Of a DNA stretch of 64,000 nt, positions 26,270-38,942 are shown in pieces; the stretch's first letter is position 1; each line of letters opens with the position of its first letter. The stretch is from Camelus dromedarius (taxonomy: Eukaryota), in assembly GCF_036321535.1 (NCBI RefSeq), contig NC_087437.1, forward strand, positions 10,852,001-10,916,000, read 5' to 3'. The translations under genes were made by a program, and so were the position numbers. Under the pieces are notes generated by a model. The model was not told where the DNA came from, did not search any database, and was given only the letters and a program-made list of their open reading frames with translations.

Positions 26270-26725
26270 CAAATAATCAATGGTGGGAAAACATCCACAC
26301 AGCGGTTGAGTGGGAAGGCGAGTAGGCTCTTTCCAGGGTGATGTTTGTGTTCTGTTTCTTGCTTTCTTGGTGTCTGCAATTTGCTCTGAAACTCAAAAAA
26401 AAAAAAAAAAGAAAAGAAAAAAAAAGGAGTTGGTGGGTGAATAGAGGCATGGTTAGATAGATGCCCAGATTCATGATAAAGCAAGAACAGTAAAATGTTC
26501 ATTTTAGAATCCAGAAGAACATACAGGTGCTCACTGCAAAATTAGTCTTTCTGTGTATTTGAATTTTTCATAATAATATGTTGGGGGGAAAATGCAGTTA
26601 CCTCTGCAGGAGCCGGGGAGGCGATGTGGGCGGATGAAAGGGAACTTTCTCTTCCTCTATATGCTTCTTAATTATTTCAGTCATTTTTCAGGCATGTATC
26701 ATTTTTGTAACAATTTATTTTAATT
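26270..26725 (+). mobile_element. Ancient L1ME-type fragments
   Basis: AGTAAAATGTTCATTTTAGAATC...TTTGAATTTTTCATAATAATATGTTGGGG; degenerate. Confidence 0.5.
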
Positions 26726-27559
26726 TAAGGACTTAAGAAAAAGTGTCATAGAGATGTTCTTTCCCTTGTGGAGTTTAATGGGATGGGAAATTTAAGACAC
26801 ACACACACACTTTTCCGTGTAGCATTGTTGCCGGTAGGAAGGCGCTGGTTCACAACACACGTGAACTGGTGACCCACGTGGACCGGAAGCCAAATGCACC
26901 CTGCCCCTGCTCTGTCACCAACTGGCATCGGGACCTGGCCTTCAGTTCCACAGACTGGGAAACAAGAGGAGTGACTTGAGGGCCCTGGGGTCCCCTCCAG
27001 CACCGCCATGAGACATGCCTAGATGTGCGTGTGTGGGGATGGTGGCAGGAACGTTTGGGGAGATCGGAGGAGGAAAACCGTGGAATACAGGAGATTTAAA
27101 GACTGGCGTCCACTCTAAAAGGAATACAACTGTTTGCAAGCCAAATCCGGGGGAAGAGAATGCTTTAGGGTGGCTGTGGAGAGGGGTTCTTCGTCCAGTG
27201 TGACTTTCTAATGGGTGAGGGAACTGAGGCCCCCGCCGCCCGTTTTGTAAATGAAGTGTTATTGGAGCACAGCTGTGCTGCTCTGCCACATTCACCGATC
27301 AGGAGACAGTGGCCGAAGTGAGCGCTACTCGTGACAGAAGAGGCCCTGGCAGGAGAGGGGCTGTCCTCAGGCCTCAGTCTCAGGAGCACTTCTGAGGTTT
27401 TGTGAGGCCACAGCCAAGTGAACACAGAGCTGCAGAGCAGGGAGGGGTCACTGTCAAGGCCAGTGAGGGTGTAGGGGGAGCAGGCAAGTCCTGGGGAGAT
27501 GGGCTTTAAGAGAAAGTCGCATGGTTGGCTACTGTCACTGTAATGCTGCATCGCACCCC

Positions 27560-27925
27560 CCAAAACTCCTCCGCGCGTCTGCAGGACGGATGGAGGTCGG
27601 CCGATCCAGGCTGCTTGGCCAGGCAGCTCTGCTCACACAGAGGCTCTGCTGGGCTTGTCCCCCTGAGGGTGCTCCGTGTGTCCCCACTTTGTGCCATCTG
27701 GGGCAGTTATGGTGACATGGAGGCCCAGAGGGCAAACCCAACTGCACACACACATCTCAAGCCTCTGATGTGTCATTTCCACTAACATCCACTCCCCCAA
27801 AGCAAGTCACATGGTCAAGGCCAAAGTCAGGGATGGGGAAACGGACTCCACCTCTAGTGGGGCATTGCCACGTCATAGGGCAAAGCAAAGAGAGGGGAAG
27901 GACTGGGGCCAGGACTTCAGTCGCC
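27560..27925 (-). mobile_element. MaLR MLT1 (J/K-like) LTR
   Basis: AAAGCAAGTCACATGGTCAAGGCCAAAGTCAGGGATGGGGAA. Confidence 0.6.
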
Positions 27926-28674
27926 ACGAAAGGACCTCCCTTCCAGGCAAAGGGAGCCGTGCACCCAATCGCACAGAAGCTGGAAAAGGTGAGTCATGTT
28001 GGGGGAATGACAGCAGCCCGGTCTGACCACAGCACAGTGGGAGTGCTGAAAGAAACATTAGCCCCACGAGATGCTCCTCATACACAAAACAAGGAGTTTT
28101 ATAATTTTTTAAATGTGGGGAAATACTGTGCACTTGAGTCTCTCTTTGGAGTTGTCTGTGCATCAGCATAAGGATTCTGACAAGTCCTCGGGAAATAAGC
28201 CAACTCCATGTTGTTTCATCCAGCATTTCCTAAGCTCCTGGAGCCTCTGCTGTTCTCTCAAGTACCCGGAAACGGCACATGAGAAATTCTGCATCATTCC
28301 AGAGATGCACGTCTGTAGAAAGGACCAGAAATCTCGTTGGACTGTATCATGTGGTTCTTGTGGAACAAGATGGACGGGTTGTATTTAATTTCTTAGGCGG
28401 TGGGACACCTTGAGAGTTTTAAGAAGTTTTCATTGGAAGTACTTCCTGTCTCCTCCAACCTTTGTCTCACAAAGTTTTTTTATAGACACAAATTTTTATT
28501 AGTAGTAAGGCTTCCTTGAACTAAAATCAATAAATGTCATGGGCTAAAATTGTGTTTCTGAGCTCTGGTCATTTGTATGTCATGGTCTTGATTCTATGTT
28601 TTTTAAACCTGACTTATTTTTAACTTAAATATGCTTTAAAGGGGAACTTTGGTTTAGAACCACTACCTGTCTGT

Positions 28675-29133
28675 AAATGGCTGGACTGGGGGCTGGACTT
28701 GGCAGTGACTCGCTTCTGGAGATTGGAAGGAAGCAGAATAGTGTGAGACTTCATAACTGGATCAGAAAAGGCATTTCCTGTCTCTCACTCTCTTGAATCA
28801 GTTGCTCTGGGGGAAGACAGCTGCCAGCTTGTGAGAAGACCCACAGAGGGACCTGTGTGGTGAAGAACCAAGCCCTCCTGCCATAAGTCAGTGAGGAACT
28901 GAGGCCCCCAGCCAACAGCCCTGTGAAGGAGCATCAGAGAAGACCCTCCAACCCCAACCAAGCCTTTCAATGACTGCAGCTCTTACTGACATCTTAACTG
29001 AGACTCTAAGCTAGAACCTTCCACTTGAGTCCCTCCCAAGCTCCCAACCCTCAGAAACTGAGGGAGGGAGTTCACTATTTTAAGGTGCTACATTTTTGGA
29101 GCTATTTGTTATGCGGCATAGATAACTAATACA
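28675..29133 (+). mobile_element. MaLR MLT1 LTR
   Basis: GAGGAACTGAGGCCCCCAGCCAACAGCCCTGTGA...CCCTCAGAAACTG...TTTGTTATGCGGCATAGATAACTAATACA; start approximate. Confidence 0.8.
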
Positions 29134-29329
29134 CACCTTTAAATGGAAAATCAGGACCACTTGCTATAAATAGCGAATATCCTGCAAATAAACAAAATAA
29201 AGCCAAAACAATGTCATTGAATTTTCATTAGATACTCCCTTCTACCCAAGCCTCTGAACCTGAACCAACTCTCTCTCTCTCCTGGAAACAGACATTAGCA
29301 TATGTTAAAAACATCATAGCTTCATATGA

Positions 29330-29858
29330 TGAAAAACTCTTTAGCAACAAAAAGAAACAAACTACCAATATGTGCAACAATATGGGTGAATCTCAAAAAC
29401 TATGGAAAAGATATATATATGTATGTATATATACTTTATATATAAGTATGTGTGTGTGTGTATATCTTTATATAACTGAGTAACTTTGCTGTACACCTGA
29501 AACTAACATTGTAAATCAACTACACTTCAATAAAAAATTAAAATAGAAAAAAAAAAAACCTACATGAAAGAAAGGTACAAAGGACCACATGTTATAAGAT
29601 TCCATTTATATGAAATGTCCAGAAAAAAGCAAATACACAGAGACAGAAAGCAGGTCAGTGGTTGCTGGGGGTGGGGTGGGATTGGGGACTGACTGCCAAT
29701 GTGCACAGAGGAAACTGAGGGATGTGGAAAGGTTTTAAACTGCATTGTGGTGATGGTTGTGCAACTGTAGACATTCACTAAAACTCATCAAACTATATAA
29801 CTAAAATGAATTATATGAATGTTATGGTATGTAAATGTTACTTCAATAAAGATGTTAA
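29330..29858 (+). mobile_element. Old L1 3' end interrupted by a young L1 3' tail (~29405-29558)
   Basis: GGGTGAATCTCAAAAAC | ...CACCTGAAACTAACATTGTAAATCAACTACACTTCAATAAAA | ...ATTCCATTTATATGAAATGTCCAGAA...TTCAATAAAGATG. Confidence 0.8.
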
Positions 29859-29938
29859 GGAAGGGGTGGGTGTAGCTCAGTAGTAGACTGCATGCCTAGT
29901 ATGCACAAGGTCCTGGGTTCAACCCTCAGTACCTTCAA

Positions 29939-29994
<56 letters not shown>

Positions 29995-30026
29995 GTCTAA
30001 TTACCTCCTCCCCCAAAAAATAAACA
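29859..30026 (+). mobile_element. tRNA-derived SINE (Vic-1 type) with expanded (AATA)n
   Basis: TAGCTCAGTAGTAGA...GGGTTCAACCCT; TSD AATAAAGATGTTAA/AATAAAGATGATAA. Confidence 0.85.
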
Positions 30027-30367
30027 AATAAAGATGATAAAAAGTTAAAAACTGAAAGATGGAAGAATGACACTTATTTTCACTGTAAGAGTCTAAGTTA
30101 ACCCAGGGCTACAAGCAATACCTCACACAGCACCGGTGATGGCTTTCCATGCTCTAGGTGCCCCTGTTCCCTGCTGGTGTACTTGGTTCCTGAGCCCATC
30201 CTCAAGGTCAAAGGAGTGTTGTGGTGATGTAAAACTTCTAAAACCAGGCATCGACTACCACCGTGTTTCTGGGACAGATCTCAGGAAACTCCTTGCTTCC
30301 AGCTCTGCCAAACACTCCATGGGTAAACAGCCCTTCTTCTGGGAGGTTTCTCAGAAAGCCCTTTTGT

Positions 30368-30415
30368 AGAAGAAAGAAAGAAAGGAATGAAAGAAAGAAA
30401 GAAAGAAAGGAATGA

Positions 30416-30486
<71 letters not shown>

Positions 30487-30534
30487 GAAGGAAGGAAGGA
30501 AGGAAGGAAGGAAGGAAGGAAGGGAGATAGAGAG

Positions 30535-30624
<90 letters not shown>

Positions 30625-30681
30625 GAAGAAAGGAAGAAAGGAAGAAGGAAAGAAGGAAAGAAGGAAAGAAGGAAAGAAGGA

Positions 30682-30740
<59 letters not shown>

Positions 30741-30823
30741 GAGGAAAGAAAGGAGGAAGGGAGGAAAGAAGGGAGGAAGGGAGGAAGGAAGAAAGAGGGA
30801 AAGAAAAAGAAAGAAAGAAAAAG
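30368..30823. repeat. ~456-bp (GAAA)n/(GGAA)n polypurine compound microsatellite
   Basis: Direct reading; I count only three T residues in the tract. Confidence 0.97.
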
Positions 30824-30874
30824 TTATACTAAATATCTGCGATCTAAGTAAGAAAAACAAATTCACTTTGGTGC

Positions 30875-31085
30875 TTGTGTGGCAGATTTCATTAATGGCC
30901 TGAATCCATCACTCCTCCCTGTACCCATGAACATGGTTGGCCACAGGACTTTGAAGTTCTTTTCACACGCGGTGAGTCTACTTCCCTGTTCTTTAACCTT
31001 AGGTTGGATCACAGCATGTTGGCCAAGGCTCATGCCAAAAGGCTCATGCTTAAAAAGCATTTGTGAGATAGACTTGCCCTCTTGT
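30875..31085 (+). mobile_element. MaLR MLT1 LTR 5' part
   Basis: TGTGGCAGATTTCATTAATGGCC...CACTCCTCCCTGTACCCATG. Confidence 0.6.
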
Positions 31086-31129
31086 CTTGGAGGAAAAGTC
31101 AACACATCTATTGAGAGATTGGATGTGTG

Positions 31130-31930
31130 GGTAGAAATGAACAATGAGCCCAGCTTTCAGGACAGAGGAATTAGGTAGATGGTGATGTCACTGACTCAGA
31201 TGGGAAGGAAATGGGGTGGGTGAGATGTGAATGTGGAGATCCGGGAGGATTGAGGGGAGAGTCAAGATCATGTTGGAACAGGTTAACTGCCTGTCAGGAA
31301 TGGGAGGGATCTGAGATTTTACCATCCTTGCCTGCCGGTATTTTTGGATGCTGACAGAAAACACAGACTGTGGGTCAGAGACAGAGGGCAGGTTATCACT
31401 TGCAGCAATGGCAGTAGTCAGAGAATCAGCATTTCTTTTATTCTCAGAACTGTTTTAGATATTAGAGGGAACAGGTTCACTGACTTCTCCCCAAGTTCAC
31501 TCCCACATCCCCTGAAGTCTTCCTGCTTCTTGGTCCACTACATCCCTCTTTCTACATCACAGCCAATCAGATCAGTCACACCCAGTTTTCTCCACTCCCA
31601 GCCAGCACTGCCCCCCGGTCCCACACCATTCCCCTCATTCCTGGACCACACCAAATGACAGTTCCCTCTTCTCTTTCCCTAGCTACTCTTTTTTCTTTCA
31701 GATTAAATGTCCCTTTTAGGGCAATGTCATTCTGACCAGTGTAGTTAGTGTAGATCTGTCACAGCTCCTGCTCCTGCCTTCAGGGCACCTGCTACCTGCT
31801 CTGTTTGTTTACTGCCATATCCCCACAGAAAAGTAAGTCCCCTGAGGGTAGACACCTTGTCAGTGTGTATAATCTAATTCTTAGTCCGGCACCTGGCACG
31901 TGGCAGTTTCTCAGTAAATACCTGTGTTTT
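31130..31930. mobile_element. L2 fragments interrupted by an LTR fragment (~31292-31440)
   Basis: GGTAGATGGTGATGTCACTGACTCAGATGGG and GCACCTGGCACGTGGCAGTTTCTCAGTAAATA are L2-like. GGGAGGGATCTGAGATTTTACC...GGGTCAGAGACAGAGG is LTR-like. Confidence 0.55.
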
Positions 31931-32742
31931 CCAAAGAACAGTTTGTGTAGTAAAGGCCCACAGTATCTAGCATTCTGGTACTATAAATTCTACCAATTAC
32001 AAATTCCTTGAAAAAGAGACATTTTTATGATTTCCCGTGATCTTAGTATTTCTGATGACATTCCCAAAAGCATCATATATAGCTCAAATGGCTTTTTGAT
32101 GTTTTCTTGGGCCTTTTATACCAAATGGAAAATGTTCTAATGAAGTCTTAAAAGCTGTAAAATTAAATGCAGGAAATTTTCCAGGAAATACACAGTTGCT
32201 TTTCAATTTCTTTGACCCTCAAAGCCAACAACTATATGGTGAAGGCTTTATTAGTGTTATGGAAATCTTTTGGGGGTTGAGTGTTCATAAAAACATTGCA
32301 TTGTTTTTGACAATACTGAATAGTCCCCGAAATTACATAAAATCTGGCAGAATGCTGACACACTGCTGGCACTTAATAATGAATAAATAAATACATGAAG
32401 TGTTGGATTATGACTAATAATACTCTTTTGAAGATAGTTTCTTTCAGTGTGTAGTGTTCCCAGAACTCCTATATACATTGACCTTTTTCTTTGATGCTCC
32501 ATGTTACAGTTTAAAATGTCCAAGAAAATCTTCTCCAGTTGACTTCATTGGGTGTGAAGATATGAGTGTTTGGAAGTTCCTAAGGAATCTTCTGTTTCCC
32601 TGATAAAAGGGTTGGATGCAAGAGTACAGCCTTTCTTTCTTCACCCCTTCTTCTAGTCTTAGTTGTGGATGGGATGGCAGGAGCTCTGGCCACCTTTTTG
32701 CAACCATAGGGGAAAGCCCATAGAAATCTCACAGTTACCAGT

Positions 32743-33173
32743 TGTCTTAATCTAGGCCTGTCAAGAAGCAGATGCTTACATGGGATTAAATGGCAAGGAT
32801 TTAACAGAGGAAATGCCTGTGTGAGGGTAAGTCAGGAGGGCACTGAAGAAGACAGGGAGAACCATCAGATTATGACTGAGTCTGACCTCAAGTGAGGAAG
32901 AGAGAGAGAGAAGGTTCTACGTCTAAAGAAAGTCCAGCAAAGCCATCGAGGAGTCTTCAGGCCAAAGATGGCTGTCAGAGGAGTCCCAGGGCTCTCTGAG
33001 GTGGGTCTGTGTTGGTCCTTGTGCTGCACTGTCATCGGTTGGGAGCTGCCCATGGAAGGCATGGCTTTGACACAAAGATGGTGACGGACTTTAAAGTGCA
33101 ACAGCCAGAGCCATTGGTCAGTTATGCTCCCTGAAGCTGGAGGTCTAGGAGGCATATTCCCATGGCTACAACA
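32743..33173 (-). mobile_element. ERVL-type LTR nested in an MLT1 (32450-33430)
   Basis: TGTCTTAATCTAGG...AAGCAGATGC...GAGGAAATGCCTGTG...ATGGCTACAACA. Confidence 0.6.
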
Positions 33174-33216
33174 CCGAACTTTGCATTATTGAACCATTGC
33201 TAAAAACTACCTTCTT

Positions 33217-33346
33217 GGGGAGGGGGCACAGTTCAGTGGTAGAGCACGTGCCTAGCATGCACAAGGTCTTGGGTTCCATCCCCAGTACTTCCATTAAATA
33301 AACAAACCTAGTAACTCTCTCCCAAAATTAAAAAAAAAATTTAAAA
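33217..33346 (+). mobile_element. tRNA-derived SINE (Vic-1 type)
   Basis: GGGGAGGGGGCACAGTTCAGTGGTAGAGC...GGGTTCCATCCCCAG; TSD AAAACTACCTTCTT/ACAACTAACTTCTT. Confidence 0.85.
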
Positions 33347-33737
33347 ACAACTAACTTCTTCTGGAAAAGAAAAATAAGCTCCTAGATATCTATGTACACC
33401 ATAGCTCATTTTCTGTAACTGCTGCTGAACGCATTCCTAACTGACACTCGCTTCACCCCCATAATGCCCAGCCTCAGGGCTTCCCTCCCTCCTCCTTCCC
33501 CTTCCCCCTCCTGTCTCTTCTCTTCCCTTTCCTCCCTTCAGTTTCTCATGCCCAACAACTTAATTTTCTCTTTCGTCCTTGAACTCAGGTCAGCACCCAG
33601 CCCTCAAGATCCCACAGTCAACCCCAAGGTGAAGCACCTTATCAAGTTTTCTCTCCAAAACAAACACTGTTCTCCCACAAAAGGGATTCCAGAGCCAGGT
33701 GGTAAGATAGAGATTTCAGCTCATTGCACACATGGGT

Positions 33738-33793
33738 GCACACACACACACACACACACACACCCCAACACACACACAAGCACACCACACACA
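33738..33793. repeat. (CA)n microsatellite, interrupted
   Basis: Direct reading. Confidence 0.9.
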
Positions 33794-34029
33794 CCTGTTC
33801 TCTAAGCTGGGTTACTCATCCTCCTCCCTAATATGTAAACTAGGACTGAGACTATATCTTTTTATGGGTAATTTAATTTTATTAGAAATTACTGAAAAAA
33901 TACTGCAAAGTATCAAGATTAACACTCACCAAAAAAAAAAAAAAATCACATGGATTTAAGAAATGTTAGCACTTTACCATATTTGCTTTGAGTCTTATTT
34001 TAAGAAACAAATTCTTACAGATGATAATA

Positions 34030-34250
34030 ATTACAATAATCCTAACACTTATATAGTGCCAAAGATGTGCTTGGCTCTGCTCTGAATAATTCATCTGTAT
34101 TAACCCTTTTAAACCTCATAAAATCTGTGAAGTAGGTATTAATATTGCCGTTATTTACAGACAAAGAATCTGAGCAAAGAGATGTTAAGTAATTTGCTAA
34201 TAAGTGTAAGAACCAAAATTTAAACTCAGGCAGACTAGACTAGATGCAGC
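34030..34250 (+). mobile_element. MIR SINE
   Basis: TAACACTTATATAGTGCC...TTTACAGACAAAGAATCTGAGC...GTTAAGTAATTTGC. Confidence 0.7.
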
Positions 34251-34541
34251 TTTGGGATCATATTTGATTTATCCTTATGCCTACAATAGGATAATTACCC
34301 CACAGATATTTGTTGAAAGAACAAATAAATAAACATGTTAATTTAGTGTGTAAGTAAATACATGATTGACTTGTGGTCCTGGGAAAATCAAGTTCAATGA
34401 GACAGATGACTAAATCCTTCTCATGAAACAACCCAAGCCATAAAATCATAAATTTTCCATTGAGATCTAGTTACCTTGATCCCTAAAAGGTTTTTAATTT
34501 CCCTCACCTAGTGACTTACTGCCAGGAAGAAGTGTAGCTCT

Positions 34542-35584
34542 TGTATTAGTTATCACTGCTGCGTAACAACGTATCTCAACACAAAATGATTTAAAACAAT
34601 AGTTCCTCATTAGTTCTCCAAGATTCTGTAGTTCATTTGGCGGGGTGGCTTGTCCCTGCTCCACAATATCAGAAGCCTTGGCTGGATAACACGGAGACTT
34701 GGAGCTGGATCATCAGAAGTTTCACTCAATTGCGGTGTTGGCTCTTGCCTGAGGCACCGTCAGCCTGAGCTTCCTTACAACATGGTGGCTGGATTCCAAG
34801 GGCAAGTGACTCAGAGATTCAGGCAGAGCCATATTATCATCTTTTTTTTTTTAAGAATTCATAAATTCTTTTATTCACTTATTCATGTATTCATTGAACA
34901 TGTTCTGAGCATAGACAACTTATCAGGCTGCCAACAAAAGAGAGAGATTCCCTGTGTGTCTTCAGTGCTTCCACTTTTCTCCCTCAATTTTCACAGCAAT
35001 ACAGTGAGGTAGACATTCTCCCTCATTCTATTTTGCAGGTGAGGAAACTGAGCTCTCATGTAACTGAATACACAGATATGATGCACCCAGAAAACAGAAC
35101 TCACTTCTGCTTTCACTCAGAATCATTGCAAAAACTCTTGGGTTTGTGCATTGTCCCAGGCTCTCTCCTGCTCTTGTTTTAGCCAACATGCCTTTCTCTC
35201 TGACCTGTATTCTTTGAATTTTGATTGGCTTCTCTAATCTTTCTGAGTTTTTCCTGTTTGTTTTTAGGAGTTTTTTTTTTTTTTTTGTATATATACAGTT
35301 TTATTGAAGTATAATCAGGTTACAATGTTGTGTAAATTTCTGGTGTACAGCATAATTCTTCAGTCTTAAGTTACTACAAGATATTGAATATAGTTCTTTG
35401 TGCTCGTATTGCTTTTCAGGACCTCAGAAGTCACGTGGTATCACTTCCACCTCATCCCATCCGTCAAGGCAGTTCCAAATGTCAGCCTGGGTTCAAGGGA
35501 GGGAGTACAGATCCTCCTTCTCCATGGAGGCATGTCAATGTCACAGGGTGAGGAGAGCAGGCAGGAGGTGTACAATGTACCACA
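34542..35584 (-). mobile_element. MaLR MLT1 LTR split by an L1 insertion (34842-35404)
   Basis: TGTATTAGTTATCACTGCTGCGTAACAAC...AACATGGTGGCTGGATTCCAAG...GGCAGAGCC | CTCAGAAGTCACGTGGTATCACTTCCAC...TACCACA. Confidence 0.75.
34842..35404 (-). mobile_element. Young L1 3' end plus ~420-bp 3'-transduced flank
   Basis: On the minus strand: L1 tail 35404-35287, A16, foreign sequence, AATAAA (34875-34870), second A11 tail. Confidence 0.7.
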
Positions 35585-37162
35585 GGTGCTGAGAAACAGG
35601 TAATGTGCAGGCTTTCTTTCCACTATGTTAGGACAGTTGACTTACAGTTGGATCCCACTAGAATGTATGAGAAGGGACTTTACCATTATTAAAGCAGAAC
35701 GCGGGTAAAACTTACTATAGATTTCAACTATTGTACAACTACTACTATACTTTTTTCTTTCCCTGTTCAAATGCTATCAGCTCTTAGAACACCAAATATG
35801 CAGGCAGTTTAAATCCTGGCCACATCTCATTTTCTGTAATTCCGGAGTGTTTTTCCTCTCCGATGATGTGGGTCAGATCCTCCTCCCTCTGTGGCACTTT
35901 GTCTCATGAACCCACAATCAACAGGTCGTAAGGGCTGCAGACCTGTCACGCAGCACCCTTCACAGGTTCATCACTAAACTCCTGTAACTCAGGGCAGATC
36001 TAACAAAAATCAGAGGATGCTGCATTATTCCTTCATCCATGTGCAAAGAGCTACTGCCTGGCTGGTTTACATTCCTGGGATGAAGGCAATGCAGTTCCTA
36101 CCTTGAAGAAATAAAGACAACATCTTATTTGACAGTTCAAAACACTTGTTCTCCTTGTCCTGATAGAAAATGTTTACTTCCCAGAACTGAGAGAGAAAAC
36201 GTAATAAAGTGGAAAAGCCTCTTGAAAAAGAGGTTGTGACATCTCTGCTCAGAAAGAGAATGGCAGGTCAGTTTTAATGGTCACATCACACACCTGCTGT
36301 TCTTCTGAGAGTGGCGGTAAATGGAGTAAACTCTGAATGTTTTCTTCGGTCGTAACCAGAGAAAGTGCTAAGTGCTCCGAGTTGAAGATCATCTCCTGCT
36401 AAAGGTTTCCGGACTCCTGAGTGTACAAAACACCAAGGCTCAGGGCAGTTCCTGCCTGATCTGGAACCATTTCCAGGTTGAAAGGGGGAGATGGTGGTGT
36501 CCAGAGAACATCATTGTTTCTTCTTGTAAGAAAGAAAATCAGTCTTTCCCCGTCCCATGACCACTCAATTTCCACTGCGATTTCAGCCATAGTTTTTCCT
36601 CAGGAATGAGTTATTTAAACTTTCTAATTTAATCATCCCAAGATTATCTTCCTACATCAATTTAACGAAGAAAATTAAAATGTGTTTTCTTTTTGTTAGC
36701 ATCCTCAACTGCCATCTGCTTAAAAATGTGGATATAATCAGCCCCTGGAAAGGATGAGGAACAGATCATGTTTACAAAGGCGTTTTTCTCTTCTTGAATA
36801 GTGTGTGAATATAATTTTGAAATTCCCGTGAGGGGAAAAAAATTTTGCCAGAATTCTTAGTTGAAAGAGATTGCATTTCCTAGCAAGAGCTGGTAATATA
36901 AAATGATCTCTCCAAATATAAACCAATGGCTTCCTGGTAATTGTGCTATTTTTAAGACAAATAAGGTGTTTTCTTTTAATTTATTGTTTTCTGGAAACTC
37001 TCTGCAATGTGTCTGGTGGCACTCAACGGGACTAAATTTGGGCCATCTAGCCCCATTGGTTTTCAGTCTTACGCATCTGGAAAATCATTCTAGACATCTT
37101 TACCCAATAAGGATTATTCTGGAACAATAAATACTCTTTTTACACTTGGTATAAAAGGTTTT

Positions 37163-37350
37163 TTTAAAACTTAAAAAATATACATTTACTTGTTTATTTT
37201 TGGTTTGGGTTTTTCATTTGTTTTTGTTTAGGAGGGGGAGGTAATTAGGTTTATTTATTTACTTATTTATTTTAATGGAGGTACTGGTGATTGAATCCAG
37301 GACCTTGTGCCTGCTAAGCATGTGGTCTACCACTGAGCTATACCCTCCCC
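37163..37350 (-). mobile_element. tRNA-derived SINE (Vic-1 type)
   Basis: Reverse complement reads GGGGAGGGTATAGCTCAGTGGTAGACC...CTGGATTCAATCACCAGTACCTCCATTAAAA. Confidence 0.85.
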
Positions 37351-38608
37351 TTGAAGTATGAAAGTTTTCTGAGTAAAGGACTTTAAGATGTTTAAACTAG
37401 GAACATTGACCATTAGTACTTTTTCTTCACAAAGGAAAACATACATTGATTTTTAAAATAGCCTTATTGAGATATAATTAACAAACCATGCAATTCACTC
37501 ATTGAATGTATACATTTCAGTTTCTTAATGTATTCACAAGGTTGTGCAACCATCACCACAATCTACATTTAGAACATTTTATCCCTTAAAAAACAAAAAC
37601 AAAAAAAAACCCTGTCTCCTTTACTGTCATTCCATGTGCAGAAGTTGTTAATTTTGATGTAACCCAATTTATCTACTTTTTTTGTTGTTGCTTGTGCTTC
37701 TAATGTCATATTTAAGAAGCCAAGGGTCACCAAAAAAATTTCTTCTACGTTTTCTTGTAAGAATTTTATAGTTTTAGCTCTCCGATCCATTTGAGTTAAT
37801 TTTTGTGTATGGTGTGCAGTCAGGGTCCAAATTTATTTTGCCTAAGATATCCAGGTATCTCAGTATCATTTGTTGAAAAGACTCTTCTTTCCTTATTAAA
37901 TTATACTGACACTCTTGTTGAAAACCAGTTGATTATAAATGTAAGGGTTTATTTATGGGTTTTCATTGTTACTCTTTTGATCTGTGTGTCTACCTCATAT
38001 TAGTGCCACACTGTATTGATTACTGTAGCTTTGTAGCAAGTTTTTAAATTTAGAAATGTGAGCTCTTCAACTTTGACCTTCTTTTCCAAGACTTTTTTTT
38101 TTGCTATTCTTGGTCCCTTGCATTTCCATATGAATTTTAGGATCAGCTTATCAACTTCTGCAAACAACAATCGAGATTTTGATATGAATTGCGTTGAACT
38201 TGTAAATCAACGTGGCAAATATTGCCATCTTAATTGTTTTCTCCCTTTTGCTTGCTTTAGATTTGGTTTGCTCTTCTTTTTCCAGTGTCTTAAAGTAGAA
38301 GGTTAGTTTATTACTTGAGATATTCCATCTTTCTTTATATAGTCATTTATAGCTATAGAATTCCCTCTAAGCACTGCTTTAGCAGCATCTCATAAGTTTG
38401 GGTATGCTGTGTCTTCATTTTCATATTTGTAGGAAGTTTTTAAGTTCAGAAATTATTTCTCAAAGTATTTTCTGAATTTCCTTTTGATTTCTTTGCCAGG
38501 TCAGGTTCACTCTTGAACCCCTCTGTGAAATCTTCAAGTTATCCTTTTCACTCCAGGATTTCTATCTGGTTCTTTTTATTTAAAAGAGTTTTTATCTCTA
38601 TGTTGATA

Positions 38609-38942
38609 CAGTAGTCTCCCCTTATTCGTGGACGATATGTTCCAAGGCTCCCAGTGGATACCTCAAACTGAGGATAGAACTGAACCCTGTATATACCAAG
38701 TCTTTTCCTGTACTCCCAGGCTGGTAGCGTATACAGTGTGGACACACTGGACAAAAAGGTGAGTCACTGCCTGGGTGGAATGGAGCAAGACAGTGTGAAA
38801 TTTCATCATGCTACTCAAAATGGCATGCAATCTAAAACTTACGAATTGTTTATTTCTAGCATTTTCCATTTAATATTTTCAAACTGCTGTTGACACTGGG
38901 TAATAAACTGGAGAAAGTGAAGTCATGGATGGGGGACTCCTG
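38609..38942. mobile_element. MER44-like (Tigger7-derived) MITE
   Basis: TA|CAGTAGTCTCCCCTTATTCGTGG...CATGGATGGGGGACTCCTG|TA: terminal inverted repeats and TA TSD. Confidence 0.85.

Noticed and set aside
27843..27864. CTCF-like CCACTAGAGG on the minus strand
   Set aside because: The 3' half does not match the consensus and it lies within an MLT1 LTR.
30351..30903. 163-aa K/E/R-rich and 171-aa F/L/S-rich ORFs
   Set aside because: Translations of the (GAAA)n microsatellite, which simply lacks stop codons.
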